Source: Scyliorhinus canicula
Lineage: Eukaryota
Assembly (NCBI RefSeq): GCF_902713615.1
Contig: NW_024056007.1
Coordinates: 62,001 to 118,699 of the forward strand
Direction of reading: 5' to 3'
DNA length: 56,699 nucleotides
The translations under genes and the position numbers were made by a program. Positions within the stretch are counted from its first letter, which is position 1, and each line of letters begins with the position of its first letter. Positions 1 through 12,330 of this stretch are shown here, piece by piece. The notes below the pieces were generated by a model. It was not told where the DNA came from, did not search any database, and worked only from the letters and a program-made list of their open reading frames with translations.

Positions 1-969
1 AAACCCTCCCCAACAGCTCTAGAAAACACCCCCCCTAGGACATCGGTTCCAGTCCTGCCCAGGTGCAGACCGTCCGGTTTGTACTGGTCCCACCTCCCCC
101 AGAACCGGTCCAAATGCCCCAGGAATTTGAATCCCTCCCTCTTGCACCATCTCTCGAGCCACGCATTCATCCTATCTATCCTGACATTCCTACTCTGACT
201 AGCTCGTGGCACTGGTAGCAATCCTGAGATTACTACCTTTGAGGTCCTACTTTTTAGTTTAACTCCTAACTCCCTGAATTCCGCTTGTTGGACCTCATCC
301 CGTTTTTTACCTATATCGTTGGTGCCTATGTGCACCACGACAGCTGGCTGTTCACCCTCCCCCCCCCCCCCCCCCCCCCCCCAGAATGTCCTGCAGCCGC
401 TCCGAGACATTCTTGACCCTTGCACCAGGGAGGCAACATACCATCCTGGAGACTCGATTGCGTCCACAGAACCGCCTGTCTATTCCCCTTACGATCGAGT
501 CCCCTATCACTATAGCCCTGCCATTTTTCTTCCTGCCCTGCTGTGCAGCAGAGCCAGCCACGGTGCCATGAACCTGGCTGCTGCTGCCTTCCCCTGGTGA
601 GCCATCTCCCTCAACAGTATCCAAAGCGGTATATCTGTTTTGCAGGGAGATGACCGCAGGGGACACCTGCACTGCCTTCCTACTCGTGCTCTTTCTTTTG
701 GTCACCCATTTTCTATCTCCCTCAGTAACCTTCACCTGCGGTGTGACCAACTCACTAAATGTGCTATCCACGACCTCCTCAGCATCGCGGATGCTCCAAA
801 GTGAGTCCATCCGCAGCTCCAGAGCCGTCAAGCGGTCTAACAAGAGCTGCAACTGAACACACTTCTTGCACGTGAAGGAACCAGGGACAGTGGACGTGTC
901 TTTTAGTCTCCCGTGCCTTGTTAACGTTGTGTGTCTCAGCACAGCACAATACTCTGCGTTGTCAGACAA
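1..969 (-). mobile_element. CR1-type LINE 5' portion (ORF1 with esterase/SGNH-like domain)
   Basis: ORF 352-969 contains AIVIGDSIVRGIDRRFCG...CCLPGARV, typical of CR1 ORF1 esterase; frame breaks at a long C/G homopolymer (359-381). Confidence 0.8.
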
Positions 970-999
970 TTATGCTTCGTGAACACTTGAAGTTAGCCA

Positions 1000-1195
1000 T
1001 GAGGTGGAGATGCCAGCGTTGGATTGGGGTGGGCACAATAAGATGTCTTATAACACCAGGTTAAAGTCTAACAGATTTGTTACGAATCACTAGCTTTAGG
1101 AGAACAGCTCCTTCTGATCAAGGAGCTGCAATCCTAAAGCTCTTAATTCGAAACAAACCTGTTGGACTTTAACTTCGTGTTGTAAGTCTTCTCAC
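1000..1195. mobile_element. Penelope-like inverted-repeat (hairpin) element fragment
   Basis: acaccaggttaaagtc-aaca...tttg arm followed by its reverse complement; same family at about 32.15, 35.6, 36.35 and 42.6 kb. Confidence 0.6.
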
Positions 1196-2261
1196 AACAC
1201 TTAAAGGGTCAATTCTTGTGACTTTATCCAATGTAGCATATAACCTCCACTTCCCAGAGGCAGTTGTATTTTTTTCAGAACGTTTTTATTTTCAGTAGAT
1301 TTTGAGGTCTTCTGTCTGGGTGCTGAATTTACTAAGAAAAATAGAGGTTGGTTAAGGATGTGATGTCGAATAATTGCAGTTTTATGTCACACTATCTCCG
1401 GAACTCAATTTGATCCTCGGTGGATCTTGAAACACTGACTCCATTGCCTCAGTGGCCTGAATAAGGATAAATATAAATGTCAAACAGATGAAAGACAGCG
1501 TAAAATCAGAAGAAGGAAAACACCTACAACATAAGCGCAGGCGCTTCGTACTGGTTCATAGATTCTGCATCAAATTGAATTGGGCCCAACCCACCTTCAT
1601 GTCAACAGTGGAGTTAAATGAAGCGACCTCCTGAAATGTGAACTTGAATTTATTTCTCTCTGACTGATGAGGGGAAATGTCAACTTCGATAACAGATGTA
1701 CAGGTTTTCTGAAATATATAATTTTCCATTGGCGCCCTCTCCCCCCCCCCTCCCCCCGTCCCCCAGTCCCCCAACTTATATCAGTGAAACAGCTAACCTG
1801 ACTATTACCACCTTGTTATTTGTGGGAGCTTGACATGTACAAGTTGGCTGTCACGTTTCTTAGATTAAGGAAGTTTCTCTAGGCTTTTTGAAGTCCTGAT
1901 GTCATGCATACTGCTGTATCAATGGAAATGTATATTTATTTATTCCGTGATCCACTGATTAAGTTCAGCACCTTTCCTGGAAAATGTCAGTTCCCGACAA
2001 ATAAATACATCGCTTTTAAATAAAAAATATCTTGTTTCTCGTTTTCTCAATCTCATCAAGATTTTATACAATTTTAAGTTGCAACGTCGCGCACCGAGAA
2101 CTGAAGTGAGCGCGACATAGCAATAGGAACTGGGCCTATCATCCTCCACAGCAAATATGAGGAAGAACAGGTTTAACCTATTCTACATGAACCTCACAAG
2201 CAGATGGAGTTAAAATGAGATTTGTGAACACGGAGTGGTCCCAGGCCCACACTCTCCCACC

Positions 2262-2397
2262 AGAGAGGGATAGGAAAATGACAATTGCTAAGCCGTTGCA
2301 CCAATCCTGCCGCCAGAGAATGGAGAAATAAAATTGTTTAGTCCATTGTACTCATTCTTCCGCCAGAGAGAGGGAAAAGAGCAATTGATTACCCATT
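2262..2397. repeat. Diverged units of the 50-bp minisatellite
   Basis: ccattgtactcattcttccgccagagagagggaaaagagcaattgatt matches the 5.3-6.9 kb unit. Confidence 0.65.
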
Positions 2398-5265
2398 ATC
2401 TCTGTGGGTCGAGTTGAGGAATCGCAAAGGTAAAAAGGGAGTTATGTACAGGCCCCCGAGCAGTAGCCATTATGTAGGGCAGAAAATAAATCAGGAGATA
2501 GAAAAGGCATGTAAGAAAGGCAATATTACAATAATCATGGGCGACGTCAATATGCAGGTGGACTGGGAAAATCGGGTTGATAGTGTATCCCAAGAAAAGG
2601 AATTTGTGGATTGTCTAAGAGATGTTTTTTTTGGAGCAGCTTGTGACAGAGCTGACTAGGGAACAGGCAATTCTGGGTTTGGTGGTGTGTAATAAGGTGG
2701 GCGTAATTAGGGAACGAAAGGTTAAGGAGCACTTAGGGAGCAGTGAGCACAATATAATGAAATTTACCCTGCAGTTTGAGAGGGAGAAGCTTGAATCAGG
2801 TGTAACTCTATTTAATTAAATAACGGTAACTGCAAAGACATGAGGGATGAGCTGGCGAGAGTTTATTGGAAAAGGAGCCTCACAGCAAAGACATTAGAAC
2901 AGCAATGGTAGGGTTTGTGGGGGGTTATTCGGGAGGCACAACAGAAATTCATTCAACTGAGGAGGAAACATGCTAAGGGGAGGACAAGGTATCCATGGGT
3001 TTTTTTTTTAAATTTAGATTACCCAATTATTTTTTCCAATTAAGGGGCAATTTAGCGTGGCCAATCCACCTACTCTGCACATTTTTTTGGATTGTGGGGC
3101 GAAACCCACGCAGACACGGGGAGAATGTGCAAACTCCACATGGACAGTGACCCAGAGCCGGGATCGAACCTGGGACCTCAACGCCGTGAGGCGGTTGTGC
3201 TAACCACTAGGCCACCGTGCTGCCCTAAGGTATCCATGGTTGACGAGGGAAGTCAAGGACAGCATAAAAGAAAACAGAAATAGCGTACAAAGTGGCGTGG
3301 ATTAGTGGGAAGCTGAGGATTGGGAAGCCTTTAAAGTGAGCAGAAGACAACTACAAAAGCAATAAGGGGAGAGAAGATGAAATAGGAGTTCAAGCTCGCT
3401 AGTAATATAAAAAATAATAGGAAGAGTTGTTTCAATATACGAAACGTAAGAGAGAGGCAAAAATAAACATTACACGACTGGAAAATGTGGCTGCAGAAGT
3501 ATTAATAGCAAACAAAGAAATGGCAGAAGAATTGAATAGTTACTTTGCATCAGTCTTCACGGTGGAAGACAACAGTGGGATGCCAGAGCTCCAAGAGAAT
3601 CAGGGGCAGATGTGAGTGCATGGCCTTCACTAAGGAGAAGGTTCTGGGGGCACGGAAAGGTATGAACGTGGACAAATCACCTGGACCGGATGGACTACAT
3701 CCCGGCTTCTAAAAAAGATAGCTGAGGAGATTGTGGAGGCATTGGTGGTGATCTTTCAGGAATCGGTCGAGACAGGAAGGGTCGTAGAGGACTGGAAGTG
3801 GCTAAAGTAACGCTGCTGTTGAAAAAGGGAGGGAAGGAGAAGACAGACTATCATAGGCTGGTTAGCCTGACTGCGGTCATTGGTAAGATTTTAGTGTCCA
3901 TTATTAAAGATGAGATCTCTGAGTACTTGAAAGTGCATGATAAAATAGGACTGTGTCAACACGGCTTTGTCAAAGGGAGGTCATGTCTGACAAATCTGTT
4001 AGAGTTCTTTGAGGAGGTAACAAGGAAGTTAGACAACGGAGAACCAAAGGACGTGGCTTATTTAGATTTTCAGAAGGCCTTTGGCAAGATGTCGCATCGG
4101 AGACTGTTAAATAAGTTAAGAGCTTATGGTGTTAAGGGTAAGATCCTGGCATGGATAGAGGATTGACTGACTGGCAGAAGGCAGAGAGCGGGAATAAAGG
4201 AGTCTTTTTTAGGATGACTGTCGGTGACTACTGGTGTGCCTCAGGTTTCGTTGCTGCGATCCCAACATTTCTCAACATACATTAATGATCTGCAAGAAGG
4301 AAGTAAAGGCACTACTGCGAAGTTTTCAGATGCTACAATGATCTGTGGGGGGACAGGTAGTATTGAGGAAGCGGGGAGGGGTTGGCTGCAGAAATACTTT
4401 GACAGGTTGGAGAGTGGGCAATGCAGTGGCAGATGGAATACAATGTGGAAAAGTGTGAGGTTATGCACTTTGGAAGGAGGAATGGAGGTATAAACCACAT
4501 TCTAAATGGGCAAATGCCAGGAAATCAGATGTACAAAGGGATTTGGGAGTTCTTGTTCACGATTCCTAAGGTTCACATGCAGGTTCAGTCGGAAGTTGAG
4601 AAGGAAAATGCAATGTTGGCATTCATGTCGAGAGGCGAGAATACAAGGGCAGGGATGTACTGTTGAGGCTGTATAAGGCTCTGGTCAGACCCAATTTGGA
4701 GTATTGTGAAATGTTTTGTGGCTCGTATCTAAGCAACAATGTGCTGGCCTTGGAAAGGGTCCAGATGAGGTTCACAAGAATGTTCCCTAGAATGAACGGC
4801 TTGTCGTATGAAGAACGGTAACGGTTGGGGAATCTGGGACTGGACTCGTTGGAGTTTAGAAGGATGAGATGAGTGGTGGGGGCGGGGTTGAACTTACAGG
4901 ATACTGCGAGGCCTGGATAGTGTGGACGTGGAGAGGGTATTTCCACTTTAGGAAAAACTAGCACCAGACACAGTCTCAGACTGAAAGGACCATCCTTTAA
5001 AACAGAGATGAGGAGGAATTTCTTCAGCCAGAGGGTAGTGAATTTGTAGAACTCATTGCCGCAGAAGGCTGTGGAGGCCAAATCATGGAGTGTCTTTAAT
5101 ACAGAGATAGATGGGTTCTTAAGGGGAGATTAATAAGGGGATCATGGGTTATGGAGAGAAGGCAGGGGAATGGGGACGAGAATAATATCGGACATTATTG
5201 AACAGGGGAGCAGACTCAGGGGGGCGAGTGACGTAATTCTGCTCCTGTGTCTTATGGTCTGATGG
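2398..5265 (+). mobile_element. Decayed CR1 LINE (endonuclease and RT fragments, 3' end)
   Basis: Broken ORFs with YRPPSS, IIMGDVN, KGRSCLTNLLEFFE, YLDFQKAF and GVPQ motifs; CR1-type 3' UTR. Confidence 0.85.
2999..3226 (-). mobile_element. tRNA-derived V-SINE/HE1-like SINE nested in CR1, 13-bp TSD
   Basis: Head gggcagcacggtggcctagtggttagcac (minus), A-rich tail; aaggtatccatgg at 2986-2998 and 3227-3239. Confidence 0.85.
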
Positions 5266-5269
5266 CCTT

Positions 5270-6865
5270 CAATTCATTCTTCCGCCAGAGAGAAGATAAA
5301 GACTAATTTTTAGTCCATTGTACTCATTGTTTCATTAAAGGGAGGAGAAAGATTTATTGCTAACCCATTATGTTAATTCCTCCGCCAGAGGGAGGAGAAT
5401 AGGTACTTGATAACCCATTATACTCATTCTTGCATCAGAGAAAGGAGAAGGGTAATTGATAATCAATTATACACATTCTTGCATCAGAGAGACGAGAAGG
5501 GTAATTGATATCCCATTACACTCATTCTTCCATCAGAGAGAGGAGAAGGGTAATTGATAATCTGGTTATACTCATTCTCCCACCAGTGGGAGGAGAAAGG
5601 GTAATTGATATCCCGTTATCCTCATCCTTCCATCAGAGAGAGGAGAAGGGGTAATTGATTGTCCATTATACTCATCCTTCCATCAGAGAGAGGAGAAGGG
5701 GTAATAGATAACCCATTATACTCCTTCTTACATCAGAGAGAGGAGAACCCGTAATTGATAAGCCATTGTACTCATCCTTCCATCAGAGAGAGGAGAAGGG
5801 GTAATTGATTGTCCATTATACTCATTCTTCCATTGGACAGAAGAAAAACGGTAATTGATAACCCATGATGCTATTTCTTCCATCATAGAGAGGAGAAGGG
5901 GTAATTGATTATCCGTTATACTCATCCTTCCATCAGAGAGAGGAGAAGGGGTAATTGATTATCCGTTATACTCATGCTTGCATCAGAGAGAGGAGAAGGG
6001 GTAATTGATTATCCGTTATACTCATCCTTCCATCAGAGAGAGGAGAAGGGGTAATTGATTATCCGTTATACTCATCCTTCCATCAGAGAGAGGAGAAGGG
6101 GTAATTGATTATCCGTTCTACTCATCCTTCCATCAGAGAGAGGAGAAGGGGTAATTGATTATCCGTTATACTCATCCTTCCATCAGAGAGAGGAGAAGGG
6201 GTAATTGATAACCCATTATACTCATTCTTCCATCAAAGAGACGAGAAGGGGTAATTGATTATCCGTTATACTCATCCTTCCATCAGAGAGAGGAGAAGGG
6301 TAATTGATAACCCATAATTGTCATTCTTCCATCAGAAAGGAGAAGAATAATTGATAACCCTTAAACTAATTCTTCCATCAGAGAGAGGACATAGACATAG
6401 ACATAGAATTTACAGTGCAGAAGGAGGCCATTCGGCCCATCGAGTCTGCACTGGCTCTTGGAAAGAGCACCCTACCCAAGGTCAACATCTCCACCCTATC
6501 CTTATAACTCAGTAACCCCACCCAACACAAAGGGCAATTTTGGACACTAAGGGCAATTTATCATGGCCAATCCACCTAACCCGCACATCTTTGGACTGTG
6601 GGAGGAAACCGGAGCACCCGGAGGAAACCCACGCATACACGGGGAGGATGTGCAGACTCCGCACAGACAGTGACCCAAGCTGGAATCGAACCTGGGACGC
6701 TGGAGCTGTGAAGCGATTGTGCTATCCACAATGCTACCGTGCTGCCTTAGAAGGATAATTGATAATCAATTATACTCATTCTTCCATCAGAGAGAGGAGA
6801 AGGGGTAATTGATAACACATTATACTCATTCTTCCACCAGAGGGAGGAGAAAGGTAATTCCATTT
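5270..6865. repeat. 50-bp minisatellite (more than 20 units), interrupted by a SINE
   Basis: Unit atccgttatactcatccttccatcagagagaggagaaggggtaattgatt, near-perfect at 5900-6300, resumes after 6750. Confidence 0.95.
6389..6746 (-). mobile_element. HE1/V-SINE-like SINE
   Basis: Full head-core-tail with (catag a/c)n tail. Confidence 0.85.
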
Positions 6866-7171
6866 ACATTTGATATTCTTAATACTGTTGTGTGACCACA
6901 ATATTAAAAGATTAAATCTGTATATTTATCGTGTATTTATATATACACTCTGGAACGTAACACATTCTCACTCATGGACACACAAAAGACGAGTAAATCA
7001 GAGCAAGATGTACTCATGCACACATGTGCAAACACTGAAGACCAAACAAAGCCGCCAGGCTACAGGAGAAATTTAAATTAAGATGCATTTTTAACGCACA
7101 TGTAAAATCTGACACTAATAGTTATTGCTCTTTCAAAGACTGGAACCATGTTCTCCTTTAGAAACCGATAA

Positions 7172-7480
7172 ATGAACGACTTGCCTGACACAAATATATA
7201 TTTTTTTAATTCGTCCGATGTATTACCAGTCATCATGGACAATAACTCTGTTAGTAGCAGTCTGAACTATCTCCAAAATCACAATTGTAGATCAAAAGAG
7301 CATAACAAATACTATCAGAACCAGTCTATGGGCCTGACACTGCTTCCATATCTGATGGGATCATGTCTGGCATTGGGTCTTCCCCCAATGTCCGACCCAC
7401 TCCTCATGTCCTTTGATCCTCTGAGAACCAACAATATACCTACCCCAGCCTTCAATATATTCACCGTTGGGCCAATCACG
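7172..7480 (+). pseudogene. Possible 5' remnant of a P2Y-like GPCR
   Basis: MDNNSVSS... N-terminus then LTLLPYLMGSCLALGLP(P/N), resembling TM1; truncated by SINE. Confidence 0.3.
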
Positions 7481-7481
7481 T

Positions 7482-7815
7482 TGGCACGGTGATTAGCAAT
7501 GCTGCCTTGCAGCGCCAAGGATCGTGTTCAATTCCAACCTCGGGTGACCATCTGTTTGGAGTTGGCACTTTCTCCCTGAATCTGTGTGGGTTTCCTCCCC
7601 GTGCTCAAATTTGTTCCCGCAGTCCAAAGATGTGCAAGTTAGGTGGATTGGCCATGATAAATTGCATCTTCGTGTCAAAATATCTGCAGGTTGCGTGGGG
7701 TTCAGCGGTTATGTGGATAGGGTAGGGTCGGTTGCTCTTTCAGAGGCTCAGTGGAAATTCGATGGGCCGATTAGCTTTCTTCTGAACAGTAGGAATTGTA
7801 TTCTATGGGACATAG
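7482..7815 (+). mobile_element. HE1/V-SINE-like SINE
   Basis: ggcacggtgattagca head, gttaggtggattggccatg core. Confidence 0.8.
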
Positions 7816-7829
7816 AAAAACTTCTGAGG

Positions 7830-8070
7830 CAGAGCATTCCAAAGTTTCATAACTCTAAGTGAAGAATTTTCCACTCATCTGAGTGCTAAACAATCGACTC
7901 CTTATCCAAAGACTGTGCCCCCATTGCTGTGCATTCTCCGACCAGTGTAAACATATAACTTGCACATTCTTGATGCATCTCCTTTATCAATCAGAGTGTC
8001 TGCCTTGTCAAACATATTCGGATTATTTTGTGTTTCAATTAGATCTCCAATCATTATTTAAAATTCCACG
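7830..8070 (-). mobile_element. CR1 3' fragment, decayed
   Basis: Similar to the reverse complement of the CR1 ORF2 C-terminus at 12.5-12.8 kb. Confidence 0.55.
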
Positions 8071-8408
8071 CCTAATGTAGTTATCTCAGATCAGATAACT
8101 TCATTCGTTTTGTACTCATAATATTACTTACTGACAATTGGTGCAAAATGAAACCAGACAAAATGAGCATCTGACACTGAAGAAAAACAAATATTTTCGA
8201 ACACAGAACACACAAGCAATACGGATGAACAATTAGTCAGAGATATATTTCTAAGAGTGATCAACTTAACAATGATACATATTGAAAATTGCATTAAATG
8301 AGCAAGTTAATAACACATTTTGAAAAATTACACTATTGAACAAAATATCGTGAGTCCGAAAATAAAACAGAATAAACAATATAATATCCAGCAGTGAGAA
8401 ATGAGCTA

Positions 8409-8790
8409 ATGGTATCTCCCGCTAATCTCACAGATTCCACTGGACACAACTGGATTGAAAGCAATGACGATGATCACAGCAACATCCAGACAACTGTATA
8501 GACATTCAACTTCCTGTTCATCTTCAACATGTTTTACAACGCTGCCGTCACTCTGGTGAATGTTAGAAGATTCAATCCATCCACATTATAAACAGCTTGG
8601 ATCGGTTTGAAAAATATCCAAAAGTCCTAACTGACAAAATCCTTTAGACAAAAGCCTCACCCCTGGGAAATGTTTACTTCAATGTTTTATTCCTCATTTG
8701 TAGGTCGAGTGATGCATTGAATTTGAGACAACGTGTGGATTTTCTCCCACTGTGTACCTATGTATTCTGCCATGAAAAATAATATGCATT
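8409..8790 (+). pseudogene. Decayed P2Y-like class A GPCR remnant
   Basis: MVSPANLT...TTV*TFNFLFIFNMFYNAAVTLVNVRR (TM1-like) and, after a frameshift, GNVYFNVLFLICRSSD, which aligns to TM3 N-x-Y-xxx-LF-xx-C-xxx-D. Confidence 0.45.
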
Positions 8791-9682
8791 ACCATATTGA
8801 TGCTCAAAATTAAATTCGTTTCAATGAAAGGATCAGAATCTGAAACTGTGATAGCAATATAAACTGGATTTCCGTTTTGTTCTGTTGAAATTGAATGAGA
8901 TTATCGTAGCGATAATGTAATTGTAACTTGGATTACACCGTTGTTTGAATTTTCTATTTAAGTTAGAAGTGATTTCTTATTGATAAATGTTCATTGCCTT
9001 TTAAATCGAAGTCCCGTTTTCTCTCTTTGATTTGTTACAGTTTTAGTCAGTTGTCAGTTTCGACCGTTTGTGTTCTGTTCTCAATGTGACGCTTAGTTGG
9101 TTTATTCACTGGGTGTCAACTTTAAATGAAATAATTATGTTAAATTGTCTCTGTAATTGAGAATAAATATTGAATTACAAACTGAGAAACGTTCTAGCTT
9201 CCATGTCGCACCATAGGTTCCCTCCGCTTCCTCCCTTCAACTGACAACAATGTTTCACCTGACCTCTTTGGTTTCAATCGAAAGCAAGACCTTTCAGTGA
9301 GTGAGTCTTTGCGCCATCCAGGATCTTATCAGTAGCAACTGCTTTTTATACAGGTCGCCGAAGCACAATGACTGCACAGCGAAATGGAACTTTTCTCAGT
9401 TAACGGTCTGTCAAAGTCACGTATAAGCGCCATTGGAGCGTAGGGTTGGCCTGCATCTCTGCCTGATACATGCAATATATTGGAGGATAAAGCTGAATCG
9501 ACTCTGTCCCATCAAATATTCCCAAGGTAGGCACGCCATAGGAATTAAGTCGAACGTTCACATGTCAGGTATCACAAATTCTGCGAGCGATTCCCAGAGC
9601 ATGGATCCGGGATCATAGAAATTACCGCATTCAATTTCAGTTAAGCACACAAATTGACGTTCCACACTATCATGTTGAGCAC

Positions 9683-9895
9683 ACGCCCATCCGCATGCGC
9701 ACGCACACAGGTGCGTGCGCACGGACACTTGCGCACACGCGCACACACGCACACGGCCGCACGCGCACAGATAAACACACACACACACACACCCACAGGC
9801 GCATAGACAAACGCGCGCGGGCACATACGACCGCATGCATACGCATGTACACACACGCACACATACTCACACCTACACCCACATGCATACATATG
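9683..9895. repeat. (CA)/(CG) alternating purine-pyrimidine microsatellite
   Basis: Direct reading of the sequence. Confidence 0.9.
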
Positions 9896-9964
9896 TCCGC
9901 ACAGCTACAATCTTTCATCTACGATGTCCCATCAAATATTCCCAAAGTAACAGAGGAATCAGGT

Positions 9965-10292
9965 CGGCACGGTGGCACAGTGGTTAGCACTGCAGTCTCA
10001 CAGTGCCTGGGACCCGGGTTTAATGCCAGCCTCGGGTGACTGCGTGGAGTTTGCACTTTCTGCGTGAGTTTCTTCCTGGTCCTCCGATTTCCCACCACAG
10101 TGCAAAGATGTGCAAGTTAGTTGGATAGGCCAGGCCAAATTGTCCCTTAGTGTCAAAAAGGTGAGGTGGAGTTACTGAGTTGGGAGGATAGGGTGGAGGC
10201 ATGGGCTTAAGTGGGGTGTATTTTCTGAGGGCCAGTCGAAACTCGCTGGACCGAATGGTGTCCTTCTGCGCTGCACATTCTATGATTCTACA
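9965..10292 (+). mobile_element. HE1/V-SINE-like SINE
   Basis: ggcacggtggcacagtggttagcac head; ttctatgattcta tail. Confidence 0.85.
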
Positions 10293-10399
10293 AAAACGCT
10301 TTCCAGTCATGCACGCCCCAACTGACAACCTCCAAATTTTCTGTTACGTGCATTAGTCCCAGCTCTCTTGCTTCCCATTGAATAATTACACTTCTGCCT

Positions 10400-10760
10400 C
10401 ACCTGACGAAATCCCTCAGAATTCATTGGGCACTATCAAGCCATCTCCCCAAATGTGCCCTTCACACTTATCATCTGCCCAAATTCACTAGGGAATCCTT
10501 TCTCCCTACTCCATTCCCTCTGATACCATCACCCTGAACTCACTGACCATCACCCCAGGGATCCTCTTTCCCTGCTCCATTCCCTCTGATACCATCTCCT
10601 GAACTCCCTGAGCATCACTCCAGGGATCCTCTCTCCCTGCTCCAGTCCCTCTGATACCATCTCCCTGAACTGGAAGAACATCGCTTGGGGGATCCTGTGG
10701 CCCTGCTCCCTCCCGTCTGACTCCATCCCCCTGCTCATTCCAGGGAATCTATCTTGCTGC
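10400..10760. repeat. Degenerate tandem repeat (about 60-bp, ccctctgataccatc motif)
   Basis: Motif recurs several times here and again at about 10985-11075. Confidence 0.6.
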
Positions 10761-10769
10761 CCTACTTCC

Positions 10770-10982
10770 TCAGATCAAAAGAGATGAAAGTCTCAGAGGA
10801 CTATAGGCTGCTTTGCCCTTTTGTGAGATAGGTGACTTGTGGTGATTCTACCTTTGAGTCACAGCACCTCATGCGAGGGGCAAGGCTGAGAAGGCGTTGA
10901 TTTCATAGATCACATCAGCCGGTGCAGGAATTGAACTCACGCTATCTGCTTCACAACTAGCCAGCTATCCAACTGAACTATA
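10770..10982 (-). mobile_element. tRNA-derived SINE (second family)
   Basis: Minus strand begins tagttcagttggatagctgg (tRNA-like head); shares caggcgaggggcaaggttg core with 26300-26480. Confidence 0.6.
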
Positions 10983-11084
10983 GATTCCCTCACTCTGATA
11001 CTATCTCTGTGAACTTACTCGGCATCATTCCAGGGATGCTCTCTGCCTGCTCAATTCCCTCTGATACCATCCATGTGATCTGTC

Positions 11085-11960
11085 CTGTCTACATTTGCTC
11101 ACTGGCTGTTCGGGACTTCTACTCAGAGGACAGGCGAGCGACCTCAGAGGAACAGAATCAGAGACTGCAGCTGCCCAGCGGGGACGAACTTTGTCACCTA
11201 CATGTTAAGAACCTTCTCTGCAAGTAGGCTACAGCATACCCACGGACCGCGAGATGCACAATGTTAGAGGAAATACTGTACGCGTGTAACCTGAGAGGAG
11301 GAGCTCCAGGGACCTGTATCAACAACTATCCACTGGATGAAACACGGGAAAAATGTGACAAAGAGCTGTGGATGAAAATAGGGTGGGGACTCTGGAGCGA
11401 AGCCCTGAATAGGGCCAACTCTACCCCCGCTTACGCAAGGCTAAGACTCATGCAAATGAACGTGGCGCACAGGGCGCACCTGACAAGCACCCGAAAGAAC
11501 AGTTTCTTCCTGGAGGTGTAGGACAAATATGAACGGTGCCAGGGAGGCCCGATGAACCACACCCACATGTTCTGTGCCTGCCCCAGACTTGACGGGTTTT
11601 GGTCAGCCTTAATCGATGCAAATTCCAACGTTATGGGGGTGAGGGCGGATTGGTGCCTGGGGAATTGAAATCTTCGGGCTTCCGGACCAGCCAGAACTAT
11701 TTCAGTACCTTTACGAAGTCAACAGCCAAAAGAGCGAGGAGAAGTGTGGGGGAGCAAATGAGACAACAGGGAACAGATTGGGAGGAGAGTTGGGGGAGGC
11801 CGGGTCGAGAGGCTGGGGCATGGATAATAGGGGGCCTAGAGTAGGAACACAAAGAACAGAACCCCCAAAGAAACACCGAAAACCATCGGGCGAGGGGGAG
11901 TGGGGCCAATTGACAAAGTGAGGGAGGGGAAGGCGAAGGGGAAAGAGCTGCATATATTTA
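11085..11960 (+). mobile_element. L1 3' fragment (ORF2 C-terminal Cys-rich region)
   Basis: WSEALNRANS...RLRLMQMNVAHRAHLT and CxRC...HMFCACP, homologous to 22.9-23.2 kb. Confidence 0.75.
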
Positions 11961-12330
11961 AATAGATGACATTCACCTACCTGTAAGATGTACGATCGAA
12001 TAAATTATTTTAAGACAACAAAAACGTGGGGGTGGTCAAGGAGTGGGCGGGTGAGGGTGGAATGTTCTTGCATATTGTACCCCATCCACAGATCCTTATC
12101 TATTGTATAGTGTGTGAAATCAAAAGCAACAACTGCAATAACACTATTTTTTAACAATCGTTTACATCTGCCATTGAACGTGCAATGTGGTTTGTTCGAC
12201 CACTCTTTCCCTGCTATTTCATGTTAATTCTGAATGCTGGAATACAAGATTTGTGTTGCAAATAGTTTAATGTTTCTGTATCTATTGTAAAGTTTATTTT
12301 GTTCAGGACCGTGAATTATTGTGGCTTTGT

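Noticed and set aside
1380-2150. Short minus-strand ORFs as gene fragments
   Set aside because: No family motifs I can recognise.
2999-3226. tRNA genes in SINE heads (this and other copies)
   Set aside because: Only A/B-box-like heads fused to SINE cores; no complete cloverleaf.
5270-6865. CRISPR-like array
   Set aside because: Head-to-tail units without variable spacers.
9558-10039. Several overlapping Cys/Val/His-rich ORFs
   Set aside because: Translation artefacts of the CA/CG microsatellite.
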